Shown piece after piece: positions 40,950 to 53,289 of a stretch of 64,000 nt of DNA. The position numbers and the translations under genes were made by a program. Source of the DNA: Octopus sinensis (lineage: Eukaryota); the NCBI RefSeq assembly GCF_006345805.1, contig NC_043026.1, positions 9,920,001 to 9,984,000 on the forward strand, given 5' to 3'. Position 1 is the stretch's first letter. Each line of letters starts with the position of its first letter. The notes beneath the pieces are model-generated. The model had not been told where the DNA came from and made no database searches. It worked only from the letters and a program-made list of their open reading frames with translations.

Positions 40950-42448
40950 TCTTTCGAAAACATAATATCATTCCCTGCACAGTTGACTGCCCTAGATGCC
41001 ATTTACAATGTACACTCCGCGAAAATACAAGCATCTTCCGATGTGGAAGGTCTGTTCGCCGTCGAAGACAAAGGCCAACGCAATGTGGATATCCTATATC
41101 GCTATACAACAACACTTTTTTGGAGCGGAGTCAGATACCACCCTGTAAAGTCCTATTATTTATAAATTACTTCCTTACAGACTGTTGGTCGCATGCATTA
41201 GTCATGGAAAATTTAAACATTTCATATCCGACCTCAATTGATTGGCGATCCTTCTGCTCCGAGGTTTGTCAGCATTGGGTTGAAAATTACCAGGACCAAA
41301 TCGGTGGAGCAGGAGTTGAAGTAGAGATCAATGAAACAGTTATTGTAAGAAGAAAGTATAATCGTGGAAGACTCACAGAAACTATCTGGCTTTTCGGTGG
41401 GATAGAGCGAGTAGGCCAAAAAAAAAGTTTTGATACCTCTTTCATCTGAGTGTGGTGAAGAGGAAAGGCGAGATGCCGCCACACTGATCCCCTTAATTAC
41501 CCGATATATACGCCATAATTACCCGATATATATAGCGATTCTTGGGCTGCGTATAACTCTCTTGGAAATCTCAGCTATACTCACTTCCGCATCAACCACA
41601 GTGAAAACTTTGTTGATCCGACAAACGCATCGGTGCAGACACAGACGATAGAGAGATTGTGGGGGTCAGTTAAGAGATCAATTGTTCGCCCAGGCATTCG
41701 TGCCTGTTACTTAAAACAATACCTCGCCAAGTTCCTATTTATGGACAGCATTAAACCTGCTGCCAAGAGAATACACGTATTCTTATTGGCAGCAGCAAGT
41801 TTTTATCCTGGCCCGAGATAATTTTTTCCTCCAAACGCAACCCATCTCATTTCTTTATCAACACTGTCGATGGACCACTCAAAGAGGTATGTATACATTA
41901 TCATTTTCGTAACATAATTTCTGTAGTATTTCAAGATGTTTCTGACACGTATTTTGATTCACATGGCGGAGATCCAACATTTCTTCTCTTTATTTATTTA
42001 TTTTTTTTGCGAAATATGTACAAAAATACGGAGTTTATGATTCATGTGTGAGTGTGTGTTCTTGATAATAGTTTAGAACAAGTAGTTTTACACCTATTAC
42101 GCTATTTTTGTTTTTGTGCCCGGTTCAGACGCTTTCGGAAATTCCCGATATAAATATTCCGAGGCCTCTCCCCACCCCTCTTTCTCGAGAGCGCATTTTT
42201 TTTTTCATATTCGTTTAGAGCAAGTTGTTTTACACATATTACACTATTTTTTTTTTTGTTTTGGTGCCCGGGTCAGCCCCTCAGACGCTTTCGGAAATTC
42301 CCGATGTGAATTTTCCGAGGCCTCTCCCCCACTCCCCTTTCGCGTGCGCGCATTTTTTTTTCATATTCGTTCAGAGGGAGTTGTTTTACACCTATGACAC
42401 ACATTTTTTTTTTGTTTCTTTGACCGGGTTTAACGCTTTAGTTTGACC
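40950..42448 (+). mobile_element. Merlin (IS1016/ISXO2-like) DNA transposon relic
   Basis: Frameshifted IGGAGVEVEINET...RRKYNRGR...WLFGGIER ... YSDSWAAY...INHSENFVDP...TQTIERLW; subterminal tandem repeats; one end reads GGTCAAAC on - at 42448. Confidence 0.85.
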
Positions 42449-42661
42449 GAGATTTTTACGGAAAAACTTTGTTTTGTTGAGAGAGTGTGGATGTTATTGA
42501 AATGATATTACGATAAATGTTGAGAACTTTTCAACGTTATTGAAATAGAATTCGTAGAGTTACCGCCTGTTGTTGTGTTGCTGTGAATATTTGATTATAT
42601 CGTAGCGAGCTGGATGTGATGTGTCATGTCACGTCGATATGATCCAACCCACCACTGAATG

Positions 42662-43745
42662 TAGTGTTGCCAACTTAAATTCAGAAATTTATGCTAAATT
42701 TCAGTGGAAAAAATACACAAAAAAAAAATGCTGAAATATGCTAAATAAGACAAAAAAAGAAAAAAAATGCTAAAGAATAATTATATCAAAAAGTTAATTT
42801 TTAATTTACATTTTTATTTACCTTCTTTAATTATATTCAGCATTGAAAAATAATTTCTTGAATTTCACTGATTTAATCACTTTGGGTTGCAGTGCTTAGG
42901 TCTTCACTTCTGTATACATTTAAGGTCCCAATCTTGTTAATTATGTTGTGTTTTGGGATATCGAAGCAGTCGCAACCTTTGCCATATCTTTTCAGGCCGT
43001 AATTTTAAAGACAGTATTGATCTAAGCATAGGAAGATGCATTTTGTTTTTCAATTTTGATTTGATTACGCCCATACTACTGAACAACCGTTCAACTTCTG
43101 CATTTGAGTTTGGCAATGTCAATAGATTAATGGCAAAATTTGCAACATCGCTAAAAGGATTTCCTCCGGTAGCATCTTTATTTTGCAAGAATTCCAGCCA
43201 GAATGCCTCAGTAGTAGATGTATTGGCGATCTTTCGTCTCTAGTAGACCTTTCCGTCGATTTCCATAAAAAATTTTCTTTTTTACATATGGGCTTGCGGG
43301 AACTTTTGAAGTAATATACATACATATACACATACACCGAGTAAAAAATTTCAGTTATCTCTTTCTTTCACACATTACTCTCTCTGTCTCTTCACACACA
43401 CTAACAGAAGCACTTCACTTACACAACATACTGTCTGTCTCCCACACCCCATCAAACACACACACACATGCACATCAATGCTTCCCATGCACGGTAACTT
43501 CAAAAGAACTTCCCTCGTCATAAAATCGCTTTCTCTTTGTCTCTTTCGCTCTCATTACTTCAAAAGTTCCCGCAAGCCCATATATAAAAAAAAAAGAAAA
43601 AATTTTTTTACGGAAATCGACGGAAAGGTCTACTAGAGACGAAAGATTGCCGATGTATTTGTCCATTTAACTAAATGAATGCTATTAAACTGAATTTCAA
43701 TTGAAGCAATTTTTTCTTCATTTAAATGCTTAAATTGCTTCTAAT
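42662..43745 (-). mobile_element. hAT transposon 3' end, copy 2
   Basis: TAGTGTTGCCAAC at 42662; near-identical to 34777-35400; ORF 42937..43188. Confidence 0.85.
43225..43651. mobile_element. Merlin-like MITE inserted in hAT copy 2
   Basis: Perfect 8-bp TSD GATGTATT (43217-43224 and 43652-43659); the empty site is seen at ~35294. Confidence 0.93.
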
Positions 43746-44062
43746 TACCTCTCAATTCATCAATGTTTATTCTTGTCCTGAAAATTGTAGGTCCTGCGAC
43801 TCTCTATATGATCATATGACCTACTGGAAATAACAGCACATTTCCCTTAAATTTTTCCTATGGGTCGTGAATATCGACGACTGCATTGGGTAATGTAGTC
43901 ATAGAAATAGACAGGATGTTCATGGATGGAATGTCATTAAACACATGTCTGCTCTGCCAGAAATGACCTGGATCTAAAGAACAGTATCAAGTTCTATTTC
44001 TACAGAAGGACTAATGTTAGTGTCCCCTATTCTGTGGTTTTCTTTTCAAACTGTTACACAAT

Positions 44063-44813
44063 GCGCAGGAGTGGCTGTGTGGTAAGTAGCTTGCTAACCA
44101 ACCACATGGTTCCGGGTTCAGTCCCACTGCGTGGCATCTTGGGCAAGTGTCTTCTGCTATAGCCCCGGGCCAACCAATGCCTTGTGAGTGGATTTGGTAG
44201 ACGGAAACTGAAAGAAGCCTGTTGTATATATGTATATATATATGTATGTGTTTGTGTGTCTGTGTTTGTCCCCCTAGCATTGCTTGACAACTGATGCTGG
44301 TGTGTTTATGTCCCCGTTACTTATTCTTTGTAAGTCCAGTACTTATTCTATCGGTCTCTTTTGCCGAACCGCTAAGTAACGGGGACATAAACACACCAGC
44401 ATCGGTTGTCAAGCAATGCTAGGGGGACAAACACAGACACACAAAAGAGTAAAAGAGTAATGTCAAGTTCTCTTTCTGGAGAAGGACTAATGTTAGTCTC
44501 CACTATTCTGTAGTTTTATTTTCAAACTGTTACACAATGCGCAGGAGTGGATGTGTGGTAAGTAGCTTGTTTACCAACCACATGGTTCCGGGTTCAGTCC
44601 CACTGCGTGGCATCTTGGGCAAGTGTTTTCTGCTATAGCTCCGGGCCAACCAATGCCTTGTGAGTGGATTTGGTAGACGGAAACTGAAAGAAGCCTGTCG
44701 TATATATGTATATATATATATATGTGTGTGTGTGTATGTGTTTGTCCCCCTAGCATTGCTTGACAACCGATGCTGGTGTGTTTACGTCCCCGTCACTTAG
44801 CGGTTCGGCAAAA
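44063..44813 (+). mobile_element. Two SINE-A copies within a local tandem duplication of ZNF6 intron sequence
   Basis: Same flank CTGTTACACAAT|GCGCAGGAGTGG at 44063 and 44539. Confidence 0.85.
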
Positions 44814-45112
44814 GTGGTGAAAAGCACTTGTGGCCATTCCTCATAAAAGTGCCCATGCAGTGCCACATATAAACACCTTGCACGTTGTGAAGGGGTCGGT
44901 ACTAGGAAGGGCATCCAGTTGAAATGATGACAAATGTGACTGAAGTCTGCTGCAGCTCCCCAGCACTGGTCAAAACATCCAACCCATTCCAGCATGGACA
45001 ACAGACATTATAAGATGATGATGATGAACTGAACATCCTAATTTACCAAAATTTACATCACAGACTCCTGTTTGAAGTTGACATATTTATAAACTACAGC
45101 GACACCATCACA

Positions 45113-45529
45113 TTACTCTCTCTTTTACTGTTTTTACTTGTTTCAGTCATTTGACTGCGGCCATGCTGGAGCACCGCCTTTAGTCGAGCAAATCAACCCC
45201 GAGACTTATTCTTTGTAAGTCCAGTACTTATTCTATCGGTCTCTTTTGCCGAACCGCTAAGTGACGGGGACGTAAACACGCCAGCATCGGTTGTCAAGCA
45301 ATGCTAGGGGGACAGACACACAAACACACACACATACAAATACACATATATATGTATACATATATATGACAGGCTTCTTTCAGTTTCCGTCTACCAAATC
45401 CACTCACAAGGCATTGGTTGGCCCGGAGCTATAGCAGAAAACACTTGCCCAAGATGCCACGCAGTGGGACTGAACCCGGAACCATGTGGTTGGTAAGCAA
45501 GCTACTTACCACACAGCCACTCCAGCGCC
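45113..45529 (-). mobile_element. SINE-A
   Basis: Full reverse-complement copy from CTCTTTTA tail to CTCCAGCGCC head. Confidence 0.9.
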
Positions 45530-46280
45530 TATTGTTGTTTAAATCCAGGATGAGTTTTAATACCTCTTTTATGAAGTGCGGATCTTCTTCAGTACATCAA
45601 GTCTCCAAAAATCTCATTCCTTCGTCATCTCATCTAAAAGGTTCTTCAGTATTTCGTCCCATGTTCTTCTGGGTGTCCCACTACCACATGTTCAATCCAC
45701 TTTCAGTGATTGACACTTCTTTATGGAGCTGTTGACATACAGCTCAGTTCTTAGGTTAAATGTTTATTTCTACAGTTTATCTCAATAGAAATGAATCTGT
45801 ATATTTTAAGTAGCCTCTACATCTTACACTGTTGTTTCTCTATAATTTCAGAACATCAGATGACATTGACATAACAGAAGAAGCATCCTTAATCTCTACT
45901 ATATTTTAAAGACTAAAGGAAACTATTATACGAAACATATGTATCAGATTGTTTCTACAAATCAGTCATAGAATCCCTGTGAAGTATTTGCTCTGAAATA
46001 ATATCATTAGCCAAGTTTCTGGACATCCCTGACTGGAGTGTCAAGAAGAGGAGCCTGTGTACTAATTAAAGTTGGATTTAATTAATGAAAGTGTTGCTAA
46101 AGAAGGGTAACAACTGGACAGAAATACAGCAGAAGAAGTGTTTGTAAGAAATAAAGTACAAGAAGAAAAGGAAGGAAAATGTATAAACTTGGATTTGAGA
46201 GGAAAAGTAATGGAAAAGAGTGAGAAAATTATAGAATTGATTTCCTCTCAACACATGGTAAAAGAGATAGGGTCATATGA

Positions 46281-47123
<843 letters not shown>

Positions 47124-47434
47124 TTTCTGCAGTTTCTTGTTTGCTGTAGTGTAATCCTTTAGAGGTTCCATACCAGGTTTCAATATATAAAAAACAGGAG
47201 CTGCATGTGGACGTACGTGTGTGAAGTTTTTTGCTTTGTACCTTGACTTAATGCTTGTGTTAAATTTAGTGATGATCCATAAGCCAGTAACACACATCAT
47301 GATATTGAATACACAATATTTGATACTCCATATGATATTAGCAAGCAAGTGTTGCCAAATTTGAAGGACATTAAAATGTGTTTCATTTGAATGAGAAAAA
47401 GAAAAAAAGACTTCATTTGGAGACCTAATATTAA

Positions 47435-47655
47435 CCCTTTAGTGTTTAAACCGGCCATATCCGGCCAAAACATTCTACCTATTTTATGTTCAAACTAGTC
47501 AGATATGATCATTTATAGCTATCTTATTGTGTCATTTTAAAAATAAACAAAACACATCATTGAAATCTCAAGGCCATGAAATGATGCAAGATTAATTTTA
47601 CATAGTGTGAATACATAAACTTTACATTTGACAGAATAATCTGAATGCTAAAGGG
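47435..47655. mobile_element. piggyBac-like MITE
   Basis: TTAA|CCCTTTAG ... CTAAAGGG|TTAA. Confidence 0.85.
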
Positions 47656-47869
47656 TTAATGATAATAAAGAAAACAAAGTCTATTTATTTCACATAATTT
47701 CCAACTTTTAAGTGTATTGTGGAACTAAAGATCTTAACACGGTTGTTTTTAAAGGATTTTGCAATAAAAAGTTATCTAGATGCATTTTGACTCCATCTAA
47801 ATCATTCAATGTTTTTCTTTGTAATGAGTTCTGTAGAGACAAAAACAAGTGGTAATCAGATGGCACATC

Positions 47870-48330
47870 ATCATCATCATCATTTAACGTCTGCTTTCCA
47901 TGCTAGCATGGGTTGGACGATTTGACTGAGGACTGGCGAACCAGACTCCAATCTGATCTGGCAGAGTTTCTACAGCTGGATGCCCTTCCTAACGCCAACC
48001 ACTCCGAGAGTGTAGTGGGTGCTTTTACATGCCACCGGCACGAGGGCCAGTTTGGTGGTAGTGGCAACGGCCACGCCCAAATGGTGCTTTCTACATGCCA
48101 CCTGCACAGGAGCCAGTCCAGCGGCACTGGTGACGACCTCGCTCAAATATTTCACATGCCACCAGCACAAGTGTTAGTAAGGCGACGCAGTAATGATCAC
48201 ATTTGAACGGTGTCCTTAACATGCCATCGGCACAAAGGCCAGCTTGTTGCTCTGGCAATGATCTCACTCGTATGGTACTCTTAGCGCTCCACTAGCAACG
48301 GATGCCAGTCACCGTCAGACACAATCAATA
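47870..48330 (-). mobile_element. RTE-tail-like retroposon with degenerate VNTR units
   Basis: (CAT)n-TTAACGTC...GGATGCCCTTCCTAACGCCAACC. Confidence 0.75.
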
Positions 48331-48462
48331 TTGAATTGCTGTACTTACTTCACTCAGTTCTTCCTCTTCCTCACCTTCAGGTACAATTTTGAGAGGAAAA
48401 TATAGGGGATGGGTTAAGAGATCCCAGCCAAGTTCATGTAAGCTTGTTCGGGTAGCCAAAGA

Positions 48463-48850
48463 CACAGGAGTGGCTGTGGGGTAAGTAGCTTGCTAACCAA
48501 CCACATGGTTCCGGGTTCAGTCCTACTGCGTGGCATCTTGGGCAAGTGTCTTCTGCTATAGCCCCGGGCCGACCAATGCCTTGTGAGTGGATTTGGTAGA
48601 CGGAAACTGAAAGAAGCCTGTCGTATATATGTATGTGTTTGTGTGTCTGTTTGTCCCCCTAGCATTGCTTGACAACCGATGCTGGTGTGTTTACGTCCCC
48701 GTCACTTAGCGGTTCGGCAAAAGAGACCGAGAGAATAAGTACTGGGCTTACAAAGAATAAGTCCCGGGGTCGATTTGCTCGACTAAAGGCGGTGCTCCAG
48801 CATGGCCACAGTCAAATGACTGAAACATGTAAAAGAGTAAAAGAAAAAGA
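48463..48850 (+). mobile_element. SINE-A
   Basis: CAGGAGTGGCTGTGG...GGTTCAGTCC...AAAAGAGTAAAAG. Confidence 0.9.
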
Positions 48851-49236
48851 GTATATGGACAGGCATTTCCTTGTTAGGACCCTATCCCCTTTCCTGTTGG
48901 CAATTTCTAGCCTCAAGTCTTTGATGTTTCTGGGTTCAAATTATCCAGCTGATGACAGTATACATAAGAATTAATGATCTGGTTTTGTGGGAGAAGCTCA
49001 TCATAAATAATGCCTTTATGACCCCACCAAACACAAAAGCATAGCCCTTTTCGCATGGATATTCATCTTTGGTTGCTGCTTTGGGTGATCCTTACACAAA
49101 CTCAACAATAGCCGATACACACACACACATTTGTGTAACGATAAAGATTAATTGTATATAATGATAATATGGAATGTCGGAGTCATAATCAGTTTGTAAA
49201 GATTGATTCTTCGTTGATTGCCATTATGTAAAGATG

Positions 49237-49889
49237 GAGGCGCAATGGCCCAGTGGTTAGGGCAGCGGACTCGCGGTCATAGGATCGCGGTTTCGATTCC
49301 CAGACTGGGCGTTGTGAGTGTTTATTGAGCGAAAACACCTAAAGCTCCACGAGGCTCCAGCAGGGGATGGTGGTGATCCCTGCTGTACTCTTTCACCACA
49401 ACTTTCTCTCACTCTTACTTCCTGTTTCTGTTGTACCTGTATTTCAAAGGGCCGGCCTTGTCACTCTCTGTGTCACGCTGAATATCCCTGAGAACTACGT
49501 TAAGGGTGCACGTGTCTGTGGAGTGCTCAGCCACTTACACGTTAATTTCACGAGCAGGCTGTTCCGTTGATTTGGATCAACCGGAACCCTCATCGTCGTA
49601 ACCGACTGAGTGCTTCCATCCGAGGCTCCGGCAGGGGATGGTGGTGATCCCTGCTGTACTCTTTCACCACAACTTTCTATCACTCTTACTTCCTGTTTCT
49701 GTTGTACCTGTATTTCAAAGGGCCGGCCTTGTCACTCTCTGTGTCACGCTGAATATCCCCGAGAACTACGTTAAGGGTACACGTGTCTGTGGAGTGCTCA
49801 GCCACTTACACGTTAATTTCACGAGCAGGCTGTTCCGTTGATTCGGATCAACTGGAACCCTCGTCGTCGTAACCGATGGAGTGCTTCCA
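49237..49889 (+). mobile_element. tRNA-derived SINE family C with a duplicated 271-bp body
   Basis: A-box TGGCCCAGTGGTTAG, B-box GGTTTCGATTCC; TSD CCA(T/C)TATGTAAAGATG at 49221-49236 and 49890-49905. Confidence 0.88.
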
Positions 49890-50334
49890 CCACTATGTAA
49901 AGATGAAAGAACAGTGATTGAAGTTGTGAGGAAAATATTTATTTTTACCGTTGCATTATACAATACCTTGCCTCGACGGGCAGGTGATGAAATCGTGAAG
50001 CATGCAAAGTAAAGATAGGTGTACATTTTCCTTGTATAGTTTGTGTTTGTGTTCTCATCATAGTTTAGTAGTAATTACAGATAGAACTAGAGTGATGTAA
50101 GAGAAAACGGAGACAGAGTGTGGGACCAAACGACTGATTCGTTGATGAGTTACCTTAGTTGTCATTTTTGTGCCCTTATCTTTAGGGACGGCGTTTTGTT
50201 CAACCTGTCAGCCAGACTTCGTTCTCAGTAACTCACCAACTCAAGTTGTCACTGACTAACTGAGTTGGAGTTGCCACCAAGTGACTATAACTATCCAGAA
50301 GGATAGACATATCGTTCAGAACAATGGATTTCGT

Positions 50335-52380
50335 TGGTGGTACTTGTTATCTTAATTCTAGCTTTTGGTGGAGTAGAAGAGGTTAAAAGGGTCAAGTGGT
50401 GGTACTTGTTATCTTAATTCTAGCTTTTGGTGGAGTAGAAGAGGTTAGAAGGATCAAGTGGTGGTACTTGTTATCTTAATTCTAGCTTTTGGTGGAGTAG
50501 AAGAGGTTAGAAGGGTCAAGTGGTGGTACTTGTTATCTTAATTCTAGCTTTTGGTGGAGTAGAAGAGGTTAGAAGGGTGAAGTGGTGGTACTTGTTATCT
50601 TAATTCTAGCTTTTGGTGGAGTAAAAGAGGTTAGAAGGGTGAAGTGGTGGTACTTGTTATCTTAATTCTAGCTTTTGGTGGAGTAGAAGAGGTTAGAAGG
50701 GTCAAGTGGTGGTACTTGTTATCTAATTCTAGCTTTTGGTGGAGTAGAAGAGGTTAGAAGGGTCAAGTGGTGGTATTTGTTATCTTAATTCTAGCTTTTG
50801 GTGGAGTAGAAGAGGTTAGAAGGGTCAAGTGGTGGTACTTGTTATCTTAATTCTAGCTTTTGGTGGAGTAGAAGAGGTTAGAAGGGTCAAGTGGTGGTAC
50901 TTGTTATCTTAATTCTAGCTTTTGGTGGAGTAGAAGAGGTTAGAAGGGTCAAGTGGTGGTACTTGTTATCTTAATTCTAGCTTTTGGTGGAGTAGAAGAG
51001 GTTAGAAGGGTCAAGTGGTGGTACTTGTTATCTTAATTCTAGCTTTTGGTGGAGTAGAAGAGGTTAGAAGGGTCAAGTGGTGGTACTTGTTATCTTAATT
51101 CTAGCTTTTGGTGGAGTAGAAGAGGTTAGAAGGGTCAAGTGGTGGTACTTGTTATCTTAATTCTAGCTTTTGGTGGAGTAAAAGAGGTTAGAAGGGTCAA
51201 GTGGTGGTACTTGTTATCTTAATTCTAGTTTTTGGTAGAGTAGAAGAGGTTAGAAGGGTCAAGTGGTGGTACTTGTTATCTTAATTCTAGCTTTTGGTGG
51301 AGTAGAAGAGGTTAGAAGGGTCAAGTGGTGGTACTTGTTATCTTAATTCTAGCTTTTGGTGGAGTAAAAGAGGTTAGAAGGGTCAAGTGGTGGTACTTGT
51401 TATCTTAATTCTAGTTTTTGGTGGAGTAGAAGAGGTTAGAAGGGTCAAGTGGTGGTACTTGTTATCTTAATTCTAGCTTTTGGTGGAGTAGAAGAGGTTA
51501 GAAAGGTCAAGTGGTGGTACTTGTTATCTTAATTCTAGCTTTTGGTGGAGTAGAAGAGGTTAGAAGGGTCAAGTGGTGGTACTTGTTATCTTAATTCTAG
51601 CTTTTGGTGGAGTAGAAGAGGTTAGAAGGGTCAAGTGGTGGTACTTGTTATCTTAATTCTAGCTTTTGGTGGAGTAGAAGAGGTTAGAAGGGTCAAGTGG
51701 TGGTACTTGTTATCTTAATTCTAGCTTTTGGTGGAGTAGAAGAGGTTAGAAGGGTCAAGTGGTGGTACTTGTTATCTTAATTCTAGCTTTTGGTGGAGTA
51801 GAAGAGGTTAGAAGGGTCAAGTGGTGGTACTTGTTATCTTAATTCTAGCTTTTGGTGGAGTAGAAGAGGTTAGAAGGGTCACGTGGTGGTACTTGTTATC
51901 TTAATTCTAGCTTTTGGTGGAGTAGAAGAGGTTAGAAGGGTCAAGTGGTGGTACTTGTTATCTTAATTCTAGCTTTTGGTGGAGTAGAAGAGGTTAGAAG
52001 GGTCAAGTGGTGGTACTTGTTATCTTAATTCTAGCTTTTGGTGGAGTAGAAGAGGTTAGAAGGGTCAAGTGGTGGTACTTGTTATCTTAATTCTAGCTTT
52101 TGGTGGAGTAGAAGAGGTTAGAAGGGTCAAGTGGTGGTACTTGTTATCTTAATTCTAGCTTTTGGTGGAGTAAAAGAGGTTAGAAGGGTCAAGTGGTGGT
52201 ACTTGTTATCTTAATTCTAGCTTTTGGTGGAGTAGAAGAGGTTAGAAGGGTCAAGTGGTGGTACTTGTTATCTAATTCTAGCTTTTGGTGGAGTAGAAGA
52301 GGTTAGAAGGGTCAAGTGGTGGTACTTGTTATCTTAATTCTAGCTTTTGGAGTAGAAGAGGTTAGAAGGGTCAAGTGGTG
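50335..52380. repeat. 62-bp minisatellite, ~33 highly homogeneous copies
   Basis: Unit GTGGTGGTACTTGTTATCTTAATTCTAGCTTTTGGTGGAGTAGAAGAGGTTAGAAGGGTCAA. Confidence 0.97.
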
Positions 52381-52454
52381 AAGACATTGTTTCGGCCTAG
52401 CTAATGCAAAACTGCTTAATGTAAACACGTCGTTTTATTTGAAGTTCGGGGTTT

Positions 52455-52745
52455 GGACGATGGTGTTGCTGATAGTGGTGGTGGTGGTGTTGGTGATTAC
52501 TTTAATAATGGTGGTGACAGTATTTATGGTAGCGGTTGTGGTGATGGTTGCGGTGGTAGGTTTTTAGGTGAAAGTGGTTATGGTAGTTGGTGGGTCTTGA
52601 TGGTAAGGACGATGGTTGTAGGGGTCATGACGATGGTATGGTGTTGGTGATGTTGACCTTGATTGTGTTCACCTTAGAGGTGGTGGCGGCGGCGACGGCT
52701 TTGGTGGTAGTGGTGTTGTTTGTGGTTGTGGTTGTGGTGGTGTTC
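52455..52745. repeat. Degenerate (GGT)n low-complexity tract
   Basis: GGT/GAT/TGT triplet runs. Confidence 0.85.
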
Positions 52746-53289
52746 TACTGTGAGAAAAGTTGTTGAATTTAATTTTAATTTGGCTATAGTGGATCGAATC
52801 CACTTCATGCCTGCAAGATCTACTACATATATATATATATATATATATATGAAATCACTCACACGCTCCATTTGACCCATGACATTGCTATGCTATTGGA
52901 ACTTTAGCTGCACAAAGTATATTTCATGAATGATGTCTGTGTGTCTCGCTATCTCTCTCTCCACACAAATTTGAAACGTATTAGTTTACCCGATTAAAAT
53001 TTCGGCACGAAAAATTGCCAAAGGAAAATGCAAACATTGGATACTGTTTGAAAACTAGTGACTTTTAAGAGGTTTGTAAAAGATATTTTGATTTAATATA
53101 ATACTTTGTTTCACACACAAACACTGGTTTTTTATAACGATTTTGTATTGTTCTTTCTCTTGCGTGTTTTTAAAGAGGATTTTGTAACATTCTTTCTATC
53201 TCCTCTCCAGACCTTCGTTACCACTAATTTTTTTTTTTTATAAAGGCGCACTTGTAGAAATTTTACAGAAAGAAACAGTTCCCATTTTC

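Noticed and set aside
49237-49315. tRNA gene
   Set aside because: It has A and B boxes but no convincing acceptor stem, and it continues into a SINE body enclosed by a TSD.
50335-52380. Repeated transmembrane-like peptide VVVLVILILAFGGVEEVRRVK in the satellite
   Set aside because: The unit length of 62 shifts frame each copy and the other frames contain stops, so no long ORF exists.
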